A DNA stretch of 64,000 nucleotides from an uncultured Thermoleophilia bacterium. Its GTDB lineage: Bacteria > Actinomycetota > Thermoleophilia > UBA2241. The position numbers were made by a program, and so were the translations under genes. This document shows, in pieces, positions 39,578 through 55,358 of this stretch. The notes beneath the pieces were generated by a model. That model worked only from the letters and a program-made list of their open reading frames with translations. It was not told the origin of the DNA and made no database searches. Where the stretch lies: contig CAVQSP010000014.1 in the NCBI GenBank assembly GCA_963715985.1, positions 384,001 through 448,000 of the forward strand, written 5' to 3'. How positions within the stretch are numbered: position 1 is the stretch's first letter; each line of letters begins with the position of its first letter.

Positions 39578-40163
39578 GTGACACCACTTGTACCGTTCGT
39601 GATCGAACAGACCAGCCGCGGCGAGCGCTCGTTCGACATCTTCAGCAGGTTGCTCAACGAGCGCGTCATCTTCCTCGGCACGCCCGTCAACGACGACGTG
39701 GCCAACCTCATCGTGGCGCAGCTGATCCATCTGGAGTCGGACGACCCGGACAAGGACATCAGCCTGTATATCAACAGCCCCGGCGGTTCCGTGTACGCCG
39801 GCCTTGCCATCTACGACACGATGCAGTTCATCAAGCCCGACGTCAGCACCATCTGCGTCGGCAGCGCCATGAGCATGGGGGCGCTGCTGCTCGCCGGCGG
39901 GCGCCAAGGGCAAGCGCTTCGCGCTGCCCAACGCGCGTATCCTCATCCACCAGATCATGGGCGGCTACGAGGGCCAGGCCACCGACATCGAGATCCACGC
40001 CAAAGAGGTCATCGACCTGCGCAAGCGGCTCGACGAGATCCTCGCCGACCACACCGGTCAGCCGCCCGAGCAGGTGCGCAAGGACACGGAGCGCGACAAC
40101 TTCATGTCCGCGGCGGAGGCCAGAGAGTACGGCATCATCGACGACGTCATCGCCCACAGGTAG
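39578..40163 (+). CDS. clpP: ClpP protease subunit (frameshift near 39900)
   Basis: [36 protein letters not shown] and [10 protein letters not shown] motifs. Confidence 0.95.
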
Positions 40164-40197
40164 GCGGGCGAGGCGCGGCAGCGAGAAGGAGCGAGAG

Positions 40198-44018
<3,821 letters not shown>

Positions 44019-44031
44019 GGAGAGCTCCACC

Positions 44032-44220
44032 ATGGGTGAAGAACACAACCATCAGACGCCTGGTTCCACCGAGGAGCCCGGTGTCGATGCCGGCACCGGC
44101 AAGCTCGAGCCGCACTGCTCGGCGTGCGGCACCACCATCGAGGGCTCGGACGAGTTCTGCCAGGTGTGTGCCATCGAGGCCAGCGGCGGGGAGCTGCCGC
44201 CCGAGGAAGACGAGAAGTAG
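44032..44220 (+). CDS. Small zinc-ribbon protein (CSAC/CQVC)
   Basis: SD GAGGAG; two CxxC pairs. Confidence 0.6.
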   Translation: MGEEHNHQTPGSTEEPGVDAGTGKLEPHCSACGTTIEGSDEFCQVCAIEASGGELPPEEDEK

Positions 44221-44260
44221 GACCGCGCGCGGCCCTGGAGGCCGCCGGGGTCTTCTGCTG

Positions 44261-44306
44261 TGAGACGGGGGGCGGCGACGCGTATGCGTCGCCGCCCCCC
44301 GTCTCA
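44261..44306. terminator. Bidirectional terminator-like hairpin
   Basis: 21-bp perfect stem TGAGACGGGGGGCGGCGACGC-gtat-GCGTCGCCGCCCCCCGTCTCA. Confidence 0.7.
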
Positions 44307-44343
44307 TTCAGCGCCGCTCGCGCCCTCACGGCCCGCGCGCTCG

Positions 44344-44919
44344 TCAGTCGCTCGCGTCCGTCACGTCGTCGCCGTCGTCCGACTCCTGCGCCAGCGCCGC
44401 GCGCACGCCGGCGATCCTGTCGTGCGGGCCGAGCCAGCGGCGCGGCTTGTCCGGGTCGGCCTCGGTCCAGGGGCGTTCCGCGCGCATCGGTAGGGCGTCG
44501 CGCGTGGCGTCGCGGTCGACCATGGCCAGTACACCGTGCGCGTCGTGCGCCAGCTGGATGCGCCGCGCGTACCCGTTGGACAGGCGCGGTCCGGGCACCG
44601 CGACCGCCTGCTCGGCCCAGGTGCGGGCGAAGGCGAGCATGGCGGTCGCGAGCTCCAGGCGCGCCTCGTCCAGCGTGGCGCCGGAGACGTGCAGGCCGAT
44701 CTCGGGCAGCCAGAGCTCGGTGGCGCTCTCGCCGACGGTGGCCGTGGGCCGGAAGGGGTAGCAGCCGCCGAGCAGGTCGATGAGCTCGTCCACACCGGCC
44801 ACCACGGCGTCGCCGCGCTCACCGTGCCCGACGAGCTGCCACTCGCCGCGCTGCGCGCCGTCGTAGAGCACCTGGAAGTGCCTGCCGGCCTCGCCTGTCT
44901 CCCATACCTCCACGGGCAC
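44344..44919 (-). CDS. Phd-like/HicB-like antitoxin-type protein
   Basis: SD GAGGAG; N-terminal EAGRHF..LYD.A..G...V; C-terminal LWLPEIGLHVSGATLDEARLELATAMLAFA. Confidence 0.55.
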   Translation of the reverse strand: MPVEVWETGEAGRHFQVLYDGAQRGEWQLVGHGERGDAVVAGVDELIDLLGGCYPFRPTATVGESATELWLPEIGLHVSGATLDEARLELATAMLAFARTWAEQAVAVPGPRLSNGYARRIQLAHDAHGVLAMVDRDATRDALPMRAERPWTEADPDKPRRWLGPHDRIAGVRAALAQESDDGDDVTDASD

Positions 44920-45155
44920 TCCTCACTGTGCGGGGACTGTTCTCTCCGCCCACGGGCGGGCGGGTCGTGCGCGACGGATTGTACACGGACGGGACGGCTC
45001 TGCGGAGCAGCTGCGCATCGCGCGCCTGCTCCGTGGTTCGGCAGTGCCGCTCCCCGCTCGGTATACTGGCGCGTGGCCGCGGGCGGCGGAGCCGGCCGCG
45101 GCCCGGACAGGCGTGAGCGCCGTCCGGACGCTCAGCCCTGGATTGCCGAGGCCTC

Positions 45156-47855
45156 ATGACCGACCACGCAGACAACGCCACACCGCCGGCCGGAGACACC
45201 TCCGCCCACCCGCCGGTCGGTCCCGACTACCTTCGCGAGACCACCCGCTTCGAGCCCGGCGCTGTGGAAGCACGCTGGACGGAGGAGTGGCTCGGCTCGC
45301 ACCTCTTCCACGCCGAGCCCGATGCGGACCGCCGGCCGTACTCCATCGTCATCCCGCCGCCCAACGTCACCGGCAACCTCCACATGGGCCACGCCCTCAA
45401 CGGCACCATCCAGGACGTCCTGACCCGCTACCACCGCATGCTCGGCGAGAACGCCTGCTGGCTGGTGGGCACCGACCACGCCGGCATCGCCACGCAGAAC
45501 GTGGTCGAGAAGCTGCTCCGCACGGAGGGCCTCACCAAGGAGGACCTCGGTCGCGAGGAGTTCGCCAGGCGTGTGTGGGCCTGGCGCAAGGAGTACGGCG
45601 GCACCATCATCCGCCAGCTCAAGAGCCTCGGGTGCTCGTGTGACTACGAGCGCGAGCGGTTCACCTTCGACGAGGGCTACGTCCGCGCCGTGACCAGGGT
45701 GTTCGTGGCGCTGTACGAGAAGGGGTACATCTACAAGGACTCCTACCTGGTGAACTGGTGCCCGCGCTGCGGGACGGCCATCAGCGACCTCGAGGTCGCC
45801 TACAAGGACATGCCGGGCACGCTGAACTACATCCGCTACCCCGTGGACGGCGGCGGCTCCGTGACCATCGCCACCACGCGTCCGGAGACGATGCTCGGCG
45901 ATACGGCTGTGGCCGTGCACCCCGACGACGAGCGGTACAAGGATGTCGTCGGCAAGACGGCCACCCTGCCGCTGCTGGACCGCGAGCTGAAGATCGTCGC
46001 CGACGAGCGTGTGGACCCTGCCTTCGGCACGGGCGCCCTCAAGATCACGCCGGCGCACGACCTCACCGACTTCGACATCGGCCGCACGCACGGGCTCGAG
46101 GCCGTCCAGGCCATCGGCCAGGACGGCCGCATCACCGCGGCCGGCGGCCCCTACGCCGGGCTGGAGGTCGAGGTGGCCGCGGAGCGCGTGGTCGAAGACC
46201 TCCGTGCGCTCGGTGTGCTCGAGAAGGTCGAGGACTACCCGCACAGCGTGGCCACCTGCGACCGCTGCGGCACGCCCATCGAACCGCTCATCAGCGAGCA
46301 GTGGTTCATGCGCATGGACGAGCTCAAGGCGCCCGCCACGGACGTGGTGCGGGACGGCCGGGTCACGTTCACGCCCGAGCGCTGGGGCCGCGTCTACATC
46401 GACTGGATGGAGAACCTGCGTCCCTGGTGCATCAGCCGCCAGCTCTGGTGGGGGCACCAGCTGCCGGTGTGGTACTGCGAGAGCGAGGCCTGCCGCGAGA
46501 CCATCGTGGCCGAGACGGAGCCGGGCGCCTGTCCACGCTGCGGCGGGACGGCGCTGCGCCGCGAGACCGACGTGCTCGACACGTGGTTCAGCTCCGCCCT
46601 CTGGCCGTTCGCCACGTGGGGATGGCCGGACGAGACGGCCGACCTCGCGTACTTCTACCCGACGAACCTGCTCAGCACGGCGCGCGAGATCATCTTCCTG
46701 TGGGTGGCGCGCATGGTGATGATGGGCCTCGAGTTCCTCGAAGAGGTGCCGTTCCACGACGTCTACATCCACTCGGTCATCCAGGCGCCCGACGGTCGCC
46801 GCATGAGCAAGAGCCTGGGCACCGGCATCGACCCGCTGGAGATGATCGACAAGTACGGTGCCGACGCCACCCGCTTCGCTCTGCTCCTCATGAGCAGCAC
46901 GCAGGACGTGCGCTTCAGCGAGGAGAAGATCGTCATGGGCCGCGGCTTCGCCAACAAGCTGTGGAACGCCTCGCGGCTCGTGCTGCTGGCCAGCGAGGGG
47001 TACGCGGCCGAGCGCAGCGAGGCGCACCAGGTGGACCGCTGGATCACGAGCCGCTTCCAGCGCTGCCTGGCGGAGGTGGAGGCGGCGGTCACCAGGTACG
47101 ACTTCGCCGCCGCCGTCGACGCCCTGTACCACTTCGTGTGGGACGAGTTCTGCGACTGGTACCTCGAGCTCGTGAAGGTGCGCCTGTACGGCGAGGACGA
47201 GGTGCAGAAGGCGCAGGCCGCCGGCCACGCGCGCTGGCTGCTGTGCCAGGTGGTCCGCCTGCTCCACCCGTTCCTGCCGTTCGTCACGGAAGAGGTCGCG
47301 GCGCAGTACGGCGAAGCGCCGCTGCTCGAGCGAGACCACCCGCTGCACGACGAGGCGCTGCTGGCGCCGGCCGACGAGGCCGCCGTCGGTGAGCTGCAGG
47401 CCGTGGTCGAGGCCCTGCGCAGGTTCCGCGCGGAGGCGCAGGTGCCGCCCGGCAAGGTGCTCGCGGCCGTCTTCGTGGGCGAGGAGGGGGCGGCCGCCGC
47501 TCAGGACGGCGCCGCGGTGCGCTACGCGCCGTACGCCGGCGCCTTCCGCGCCCTGGCCCGCACCGAGATCAGCTTCGACGGCTCGCCCGAGGCCGGCGCC
47601 ACCGTGGTGCTCGTGCCCGGCGGCCGCCTCGAAGTGGCGGCCGCCGTGGACAAGGCCGAGGAGATGGCCCGTCTCGAGCAGCAGCTCGCCAAGGTACAGG
47701 CCGAGGTCCAGCGCGGCGAGGCCAAACTGGCCAACGAGGGCTTCACCGGGCGCGCCCCCGAGGCCGTGGTGGCCAAGGAGCGCGACAAGCTCGCCGGCTA
47801 CGTGGCCGACCGCGCCGAGCTGGCCGCGCGGCTCGCCGAGCTGCGCGAGGGCTGA
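45156..47855 (+). CDS. valS: Valine--tRNA ligase
   Basis: PPPNVTGNLHMGH, WCISRQLWWGH and RMSKS motifs; C-terminal coiled coil. Confidence 0.98.
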   Translation: MTDHADNATPPAGDTSAHPPVGPDYLRETTRFEPGAVEARWTEEWLGSHLFHAEPDADRRPYSIVIPPPNVTGNLHMGHALNGTIQDVLTRYHRMLGENACWLVGTDHAGIATQNVVEKLLRTEGLTKEDLGREEFARRVWAWRKEYGGTIIRQLKSLGCSCDYERERFTFDEGYVRAVTRVFVALYEKGYIYKDSYLVNWCPRCGTAISDLEVAYKDMPGTLNYIRYPVDGGGSVTIATTRPETMLGDTAVAVHPDDERYKDVVGKTATLPLLDRELKIVADERVDPAFGTGALKITPAHDLTDFDIGRTHGLEAVQAIGQDGRITAAGGPYAGLEVEVAAERVVEDLRALGVLEKVEDYPHSVATCDRCGTPIEPLISEQWFMRMDELKAPATDVVRDGRVTFTPERWGRVYIDWMENLRPWCISRQLWWGHQLPVWYCESEACRETIVAETEPGACPRCGGTALRRETDVLDTWFSSALWPFATWGWPDETADLAYFYPTNLLSTAREIIFLWVARMVMMGLEFLEEVPFHDVYIHSVIQAPDGRRMSKSLGTGIDPLEMIDKYGADATRFALLLMSSTQDVRFSEEKIVMGRGFANKLWNASRLVLLASEGYAAERSEAHQVDRWITSRFQRCLAEVEAAVTRYDFAAAVDALYHFVWDEFCDWYLELVKVRLYGEDEVQKAQAAGHARWLLCQVVRLLHPFLPFVTEEVAAQYGEAPLLERDHPLHDEALLAPADEAAVGELQAVVEALRRFRAEAQVPPGKVLAAVFVGEEGAAAAQDGAAVRYAPYAGAFRALARTEISFDGSPEAGATVVLVPGGRLEVAAAVDKAEEMARLEQQLAKVQAEVQRGEAKLANEGFTGRAPEAVVAKERDKLAGYVADRAELAARLAELREG

Positions 47856-47856
47856 C

Positions 47857-49197
47857 GTGGCCGCTGCGGGCGGCGCCGGCTCCGCCGGGTGGGCGGCCTA
47901 TCTCGAGTCGCTCGCGGTCTTCGGCATGCGGCCAGGTCTGGAACGCGTCGCCGCGCTTCTGGAGCGCCTGGGGCGCCCACAGGACGCGTACCGCGTCGTT
48001 CACGTCGTGGGCACCAACGGCAAGTCGTCCACCACGCGCTACTGCGAGGCGCTGTTGCGCGCCCACGGGTTGCGCTCGGGCGCCTACCTCTCGCCGCACA
48101 TCTCGGGCTGGGCGGAGCGCATCGTGGTCGACGGCCGGCCTGTGGACGCCGGCCTCTTCGGGCGCTGCGTGGAGTCCGTGCGCGAGCAGGTGTGCGGCCT
48201 TCCCGCAGAGCTCGGCGCGACCACGCAGTTCGAGGTGCTCACCGTGGCCGCGCTGCTGGCGCTGGCGGAGAGCGGGGTGGAGGGCGTCGCGCTCGAGGCC
48301 GGCCTGGGCGGCCGTCTGGACGCCACCAACGTCGTCACGGCGCCGGTCGTCGTGCTCACCAACATCGCCCTCGAGCACACCGAGGTACTCGGTGACACGC
48401 GCGAGCTGATCTTCGCGGAGAAGGCGGCGGTCATCAAGGGCGGCGACGCCGTGTTCGGGCCGCTGGACGGCCTCGAGGACGAGGCGCGCGTCGCGTGCAC
48501 CGCCACCGGCGCGGGGCCGCACTTCCTGCGCGCCGCGGACCATGCTGTGCTGGAGGCCGGAGATCTCCGTGCGACCGGCACCCCGGCGGACTTCACCGTG
48601 ACGCTGGAGACCGATGCCGGTCCCGAGCAATGGGCCGGCCTCGCTGTGCCCACGCCCGCGCTCTACCAGGTGAGCAACGCGGCGCTGGCCGTGGCCGCGG
48701 TCCGGCTCCTGCTCGGACGGCTCGACGGATCTGCGGCGCGGCGAGCCCTGGCCGGCACCGCCGTGCCCGGGCGCCTCCAGAAGGTCGCCGAGCATCCGCT
48801 GGTGCTCGCCGACGGCGCCCACAACCCCGACGGCGTGCGCGTGCTTGCGCAGAGCCTGGCCGCCGTCGAGCTCCCGCGGCCCTGCGTCGGCGTCCTGGCC
48901 ATCATGCGCGACAAGGACTACCCGGCGATGCTGGAGCGCTTCCTGCCCCTGCTGGACGAGGTGGTGTGCACGCAGGCCCGAGAGCCGCGGAGCCTCGCGG
49001 CCGAGGACCTGGCCGCCGCGCTGCGCGCGGCGGCTCTCCGCCTCGGCCGCGCGGAGCCGCCGGTGCACGTGCGTGCGGACCCTCACGCCGCGCTGTCGCG
49101 GGCGAGGGAGCTCGCGGGACGCGAGGGTTCGGTGCTCGTGGGCGGCTCGCTCTACCTGCTGGAAGACCTCAGCGATGTGGTGACGCCGGCTCCCTGA
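47857..49197 (+). CDS. folC: Dihydrofolate/folylpolyglutamate synthase
   Basis: HVVGTNGKSS, YLSPH, EAGLGGRLDATN and DGAHN motifs. Confidence 0.95.
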   Translation: MAAAGGAGSAGWAAYLESLAVFGMRPGLERVAALLERLGRPQDAYRVVHVVGTNGKSSTTRYCEALLRAHGLRSGAYLSPHISGWAERIVVDGRPVDAGLFGRCVESVREQVCGLPAELGATTQFEVLTVAALLALAESGVEGVALEAGLGGRLDATNVVTAPVVVLTNIALEHTEVLGDTRELIFAEKAAVIKGGDAVFGPLDGLEDEARVACTATGAGPHFLRAADHAVLEAGDLRATGTPADFTVTLETDAGPEQWAGLAVPTPALYQVSNAALAVAAVRLLLGRLDGSAARRALAGTAVPGRLQKVAEHPLVLADGAHNPDGVRVLAQSLAAVELPRPCVGVLAIMRDKDYPAMLERFLPLLDEVVCTQAREPRSLAAEDLAAALRAAALRLGRAEPPVHVRADPHAALSRARELAGREGSVLVGGSLYLLEDLSDVVTPAP

Positions 49198-49264
49198 GGG
49201 CGCTCGGGCTCGGTTGTGAGGCCTACCCCGTCGGATATACTGGCGCAAACTCGTGGAGGGTGGA

Positions 49265-49411
49265 ATGGCACAGAAGAGAGCGCACCCGGCGGTGCGGTTC
49301 CTCGTCGCGTTCCTGATCGTCATCGCCGTCGCGTTCGTCGCTTTCTTCGTCGGGTACCTCCTCGGTATGCGACTCGCCGTGCTGCCCCTGGGGGCCCTGG
49401 GTCTGCTCTAG
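49265..49411 (+). CDS. 48-aa membrane protein
   Basis: SD GGAGGG; TATACT upstream; MAQKRAHPAVRFLVAFLIVIAVAFVAFFVGYLLG... Confidence 0.55.
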   Translation: MAQKRAHPAVRFLVAFLIVIAVAFVAFFVGYLLGMRLAVLPLGALGLL

Positions 49412-49460
49412 AGGTCCGGCTCGCGCCGGACGACCGTGCCACAGGCCGCGGGAGGCGCAC

Positions 49461-50940
49461 ATGAACTTCGCCGGCTCCATCACCACGCCCGCTCGCCGGC
49501 AGGACGATCCTCGTCACCGGCGCCACAGGCTACGTGGGCGGGCGCCTCGTGCCCCGTCTGCTGGCCGCCGGCCACCACGTGCGCTGCCTCGTGCGCGACG
49601 CATCCCGCTTGCAGGGCCGCGACTGGCTGCCGCACGTGGAGGTGGTCACCGGCGACGTGCTGCGGCCCGAGGGGCTCGCGGGCGCCATGGCGGGCGTCGA
49701 CGTCGCCTACTACCTCGTCCACAGCATGGCCGCCGGTGGTGACTTCCACGAACGGGACGTCGAGGCGGCGAGGGGCTTCGCCCGCGCCGCCGCCGACGCC
49801 GGTGTGACCCGCCTGGTCTACCTCGGCGGCCTCGGCGACCCCGCCACGGACCTCTCCGAGCATCTGCGCTCGCGCCAGGCCACGGGCGACGCGCTGCGCG
49901 AAGGCGGCGTGCCCGTCACCGAGTTCCGCGCCGCCGTGGTGGTGGGCTCCGGGAGCATCTCCTTCGAGATGATCCGCTACCTCACGGAGCGGCTGCCGGT
50001 GATGATCTGCCCGCAGTGGGTGTACACGCGCGTGCAGCCCATCGGCGTGGACGACCTGCTGCGGTACCTCGTCGCCACGCTGGACGTGCCGGACAGCGCG
50101 GGCACGGTGGTGGAGATCGGCGGCGCCGACGTCCGCACCTACGGCGACATGATGCTCGGCTACGCCGCCGTGCGCGGCCTGCACCGCCGCCTGCAGCCGG
50201 TGCCCGTCCTCACACCGGTGCTCTCGTCGTACTGGGTGCACCTCGTGACGCCGATCCCGTCCACCATCGCCCGGCCGCTCATCGAGGGTCTGCGCAGCGA
50301 GGTGGTCGTGCGCGACGACACCGCTCGGCGTCTGTTCCCCGGCATCCACCCGGTCGACTACGCCACGGCCGTCCGCGCCGCTGTGGCCACGCTGGAGGAC
50401 GGCGAGGTGGAGACCTCCTGGGCAGACGCCCTGGCGACCAGCCGTCGCGGCGCGGCGCCGAAGGTGTTCACGCAGGAGGCAGGCATGCTCATCGAGCGCC
50501 GCCGGCAGCACGTCGCGGCGGCGCCCGAGGACGTGTTCGCGGTCTGCCTCGGCATCGGCGGCGAGCGCGGGTACGGGTACGGTGACTGGCTCTGGGAGGT
50601 GCGGGGCGCCATGGACCGGCTGGCCGGCGGTGTCGGGCTGCGCCGCGGGCGCCGCGACCCGCGCGACCTGCGCGTGGGCGACGCCCTCGACTTCTGGCGC
50701 GTGGAGGCGGTGGTGCCGGCGCGCCTGCTGCGCCTGCGCGCCGAGATGAAGGTGCCCGGGCGCGCCTGGCTGCAGTTCGAGACCCTGCCCGAGGGCGACG
50801 GCACCCTGCTCGTGCAGACCGCCTACTTCGCGCCCAAAGGCCTGCCCGGTCTCGCGTACTGGTACGGGCTCTATCCTGTCCACGCGCGGATATTCTCGGG
50901 TATGATTGCCGCGCTGGCCGTCGGGGCCAGCCGGCCGTGA
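49461..50940 (+). CDS. SDR/NAD(P)-binding protein with DUF2867 (YbjT-like); frameshift near 49500
   Basis: ILVTGATGYVGGRLV, AYYLVHSM, SEHLRSR, GSGSISFE, LDFWRVE and AEMKVPGRAWL motifs. Confidence 0.9.
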
Positions 50941-51038
50941 GCGCGCCCCGGGGGCGAAGCTTCGTGCAGTCCGTGACCGGCCGTCATCGTGCAGAGGCGC
51001 CGCGTGCGACCTCGTCGACGAGCGCCTGAGGAGGTACG

Positions 51039-51560
51039 GTGCCTCACTGGATCATCGCTGCGGCGGCCAGCAGCGACAGCGCCAACCCGTTCCAGTTCGT
51101 GACGGACTTCTTCAAGTCGCCCACCTGGCACTTCGTCACCCTGATGTTCTACTTCCTCGTCGTCGTCCTCTGGCTGGCTTGCGCCTACTGGGTCTTCAAG
51201 GACGCCCGGCGCCGCATCGACGACAAGATCATCCTCACCGTGGCCGTGCTCACCGGTCTCGTGTTCGGCCCGCTCGGCCTCATCATCTACGCGATCGTGC
51301 GCCCTCCCGAACTGCTCGCGGACCGCGACTCGCGCGAACTCGAGATGCAGATGATGGAACAGCGCATCCAGGAGGAGTCGCGCTGCTCCTTCTGCAAGAC
51401 GCCGGTGCGCGACGACTATCTGGTGTGCCCCACCTGTGGCCGCCGCCTGCGCTCCACCTGCGCACAGTGCGGCAGGCCCCTCGAGCCGAACTGGCGGGTG
51501 TGCCCGTACTGCGAAGCCGACGTGCGGGGCGCTCCCTCGGCCGTGTACGACCGGCTCTGA
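51039..51560 (+). CDS. Membrane protein with C-terminal double zinc ribbon
   Basis: Two TM segments, then CSFC/CPTC/CAQC/CPYC. Confidence 0.85.
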   Translation: MPHWIIAAAASSDSANPFQFVTDFFKSPTWHFVTLMFYFLVVVLWLACAYWVFKDARRRIDDKIILTVAVLTGLVFGPLGLIIYAIVRPPELLADRDSRELEMQMMEQRIQEESRCSFCKTPVRDDYLVCPTCGRRLRSTCAQCGRPLEPNWRVCPYCEADVRGAPSAVYDRL

Positions 51561-51668
51561 CCCGGTACGCGGGACCCTCCCGACGGGTCCTGTTCGCGGC
51601 CGGGCGCTCCGCTCCGCCGTCGTTGAGTCGCGACGCCTCGGCGCCGCCTTGATCCTGGAGGTCTCTTC

Positions 51669-52082
51669 GTGGAACGCACGTTCGTCATGGTCAAGCCCAA
51701 CGGTGTCACTCGCGGGCTTGTGGGCGAGGTCGTCGCCCGGTTCGAGCGGCGCGGCTTCGTGCTGCGGGGTATGAAGGCGCTGCGCATCGACCGCGCGCTC
51801 GCCGAGCGCCACTACGCCGAGCACGTCGGCAAGCCGTTCTTCGAGTCGCTGGCCGCCTTCATCACCTCCGGGCCGGTCGTGGCCATGGTGTGGGAAGGCC
51901 GCGACGCCGTGACCGTGGCCAGGGCCATGATGGGCGTCACCGACTCCGCCGAGGCCGCGCCCGGCACCATCCGCGGCGACTTCTCCCTGAGCAAGGAGGA
52001 GAACGTCGTGCACGGCTCCGACGGGCTCGAGAGCGCGGCCCGCGAGATCGCGCTGTTCTTCGATGAGAGCGAACTCGTCTGA
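51669..52082 (+). CDS. ndk: Nucleoside diphosphate kinase
   Basis: [22 protein letters not shown] and NVVHGSD motifs. Confidence 0.97.
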   Translation: MERTFVMVKPNGVTRGLVGEVVARFERRGFVLRGMKALRIDRALAERHYAEHVGKPFFESLAAFITSGPVVAMVWEGRDAVTVARAMMGVTDSAEAAPGTIRGDFSLSKEENVVHGSDGLESAAREIALFFDESELV

Positions 52083-52143
52083 CGGCGACGCGTGCGGCGG
52101 GGCCGTTGGCCCGTCGCGCCGGTCGGCGCCGGCCGGCGCCGCA

Positions 52144-52746
52144 GTGAAGCTCGTGCTCGCGTCCCGCTCGCCGCAACGGGACGCGCTGCTGCGGCAGCTC
52201 GGCGTACCCTTCCGCGTGATCGTCAGCGAGCACGACGAGGACCTCCACGACGGCGATCCCGTGCGCACCGTGGAGCGCAACGCCGAGGGCAAGGCCGCGG
52301 AGGTGCTCGGGCGCGTGCGCCTGCACCCCGGTGAGCTGGTCCTCGGCGTCGACACCGTGGTCGTCATCGGCGGCCGCGTGCTCGGCAAGGCGGGCGGCGA
52401 GCAGGAGGCGGCGGAGTACCTGCGCCTGCTCGCCGGCCGCCGCCACGAGGTGTACAGCGGCCTGCACCTGCGCGACCGTGAGCGCGGCGTCACGGCGCAC
52501 GCGGTCACCGGCGTCTCGTTCCGGCCGCTCGATGAGGCGGACATCGCGCGCTATGTGGCCGCCGGCGAGTGGCGCGAGCGCGCCGGCGCCTACGCCATCC
52601 AGGGCATCGGCTCGGCGCTCGTGGCCGGGGTGGACGGTGACTACTTCAACGTTGTCGGCCTTCCGGTGGCCGAGCTCGTCACGGCGCTGGCCGCCTTCGG
52701 CGCCGCGCCGTTCTCCTGGCTCGGCCGCCCGGCGCACGACGGCTGA
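52144..52746 (+). CDS. maf: Maf-family nucleotide pyrophosphatase
   Basis: LVLASRSPQR, GVDTVV, AGAYAIQG and NVVGLP motifs. Confidence 0.93.
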   Translation: MKLVLASRSPQRDALLRQLGVPFRVIVSEHDEDLHDGDPVRTVERNAEGKAAEVLGRVRLHPGELVLGVDTVVVIGGRVLGKAGGEQEAAEYLRLLAGRRHEVYSGLHLRDRERGVTAHAVTGVSFRPLDEADIARYVAAGEWRERAGAYAIQGIGSALVAGVDGDYFNVVGLPVAELVTALAAFGAAPFSWLGRPAHDG

Positions 52747-53950
<1,204 letters not shown>

Positions 53951-53969
53951 CCCCGCCGCTCGCTGATTC

Positions 53970-54800
53970 GTGAATCGCCGGCGAGTACTCCGGCGGCGGA
54001 TCGTCGTTGCGGTCCTGCTGCTGCTCTGCGTCGCCATGCTCACGCTGTACTTCCGTGAGTCGGACAGCGGTGTGGTGCACGGCGTCCAGGGTGTCGTGCT
54101 GCGCGTGTTCGCGCCTCTCCAGAACGGCACCGCCCGTGCCACCAAGCCGTTCCGCGACGCCTGGAACTGGACGGGCGACCTGTTCAGCGCCAAGTCGGAG
54201 AACGCGAAGCTGAAGAAGGAAGTCGAGCAGCTTCGCGCCGGCGTCGCCCAGGAACTCACGACGCAGGACGAGAACACGCAGTTGCGCGCCATCGTAGGGC
54301 TGCAGGACGACAGGATCTTCCCGATCGACGCGCAGCTCGTCACGGCGCGCGTCGTGGCGCGGTCCACCACCGCGTGGTACTCGACGGTGACCATCGACCG
54401 CGGCAGCAGCAGCGGCATCGGCGTGTACGACGCGGTGGTCAACGGCGCCGGGCTCGTGGGCCGCGTCACCAACGTGGAGCCGGATGCCTCGCAGGTCACC
54501 CTGATCACCGACCAGCAGAGCTTCGTCGACGCGATGGTCATGCCCGGCGGCGCCCAGGGCATCGTCTCCGGGAGCGTGACCGGCGACGTCACGCTGGATT
54601 ACGTGGACAAGAACGAGAAGGTGAAGGTCGGCCAGTACGTGGTCACCTCGGGGCGCAACGGGTCCGTGTTCGTGCGCGGTATCCCCGTCGGCCAGGTGGT
54701 GGGCGTCGGCACCCAGGAGGTCGAGCTGTACCAGAGCATCGCTGTGCGCCCGTTCGTGGACTTCCGCAAGCTCGACCTCGTGCAGGTGGTCGTTCGATGA
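53970..54800 (+). CDS. mreC: MreC
   Basis: TM segment, coiled coil, TIDRGS..G...V...GLVGRV; operon position. Confidence 0.92.
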   Translation: MNRRRVLRRRIVVAVLLLLCVAMLTLYFRESDSGVVHGVQGVVLRVFAPLQNGTARATKPFRDAWNWTGDLFSAKSENAKLKKEVEQLRAGVAQELTTQDENTQLRAIVGLQDDRIFPIDAQLVTARVVARSTTAWYSTVTIDRGSSSGIGVYDAVVNGAGLVGRVTNVEPDASQVTLITDQQSFVDAMVMPGGAQGIVSGSVTGDVTLDYVDKNEKVKVGQYVVTSGRNGSVFVRGIPVGQVVGVGTQEVELYQSIAVRPFVDFRKLDLVQVVVR

Positions 54801-55358
54801 GGCTCACGCGCACAGCCGTGGACGCCGAGCCCCTGCACTGGCCGAGCCTCGCCGAGATCGCGCGTCTCGCGGTGACGCTCCTGCTCGCCCTGCGTGCTGC
54901 AGACGACGGTGGCGCCGAACATCCGCATCCTCGGCGCCAACCCCGACTTCGCGCTCATCATCGTGGTCTGCGTCGCTCTCCTGCGAGGCTCGGAGACGGG
55001 TGCCGTGTTCGGTTTTCTCACCGGCACCCTCGTGTCCATCGCCCTGATGGAGCCCTTCGGTCTCAGCGCCTTCGTCTTCGTGCTCGTCGGCTTCCTCGCG
55101 GGCCGCTATGCGGAGACCGCCGACCTCTCCGCCGGCATCGCTCCGCTGCTCAGCGTGTTCGCGGCGACCCTCATCGCGGGGGTGCTTCTCGCCATGGCGC
55201 AGTTCCTGCTCGCCCGACAGGTGCCGCTGGGGTTCTTCGTCGGGCGCGTCCTCGTGCCCTCGCTCATCCTCAACACCCTGCTGGCGGCGCCGTTCTTCCT
55301 CGTCGTGCGCTGGTGGCTCAGAGGGGCAGGTGATCTGCGTGCTGCTCGGGCCCGCTGA
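54797..55358 (+). CDS. mreD: MreD (frameshift near 54890)
   Basis: LQTT...PDFALIIVV...GAVFGF; operon position. Confidence 0.88.
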
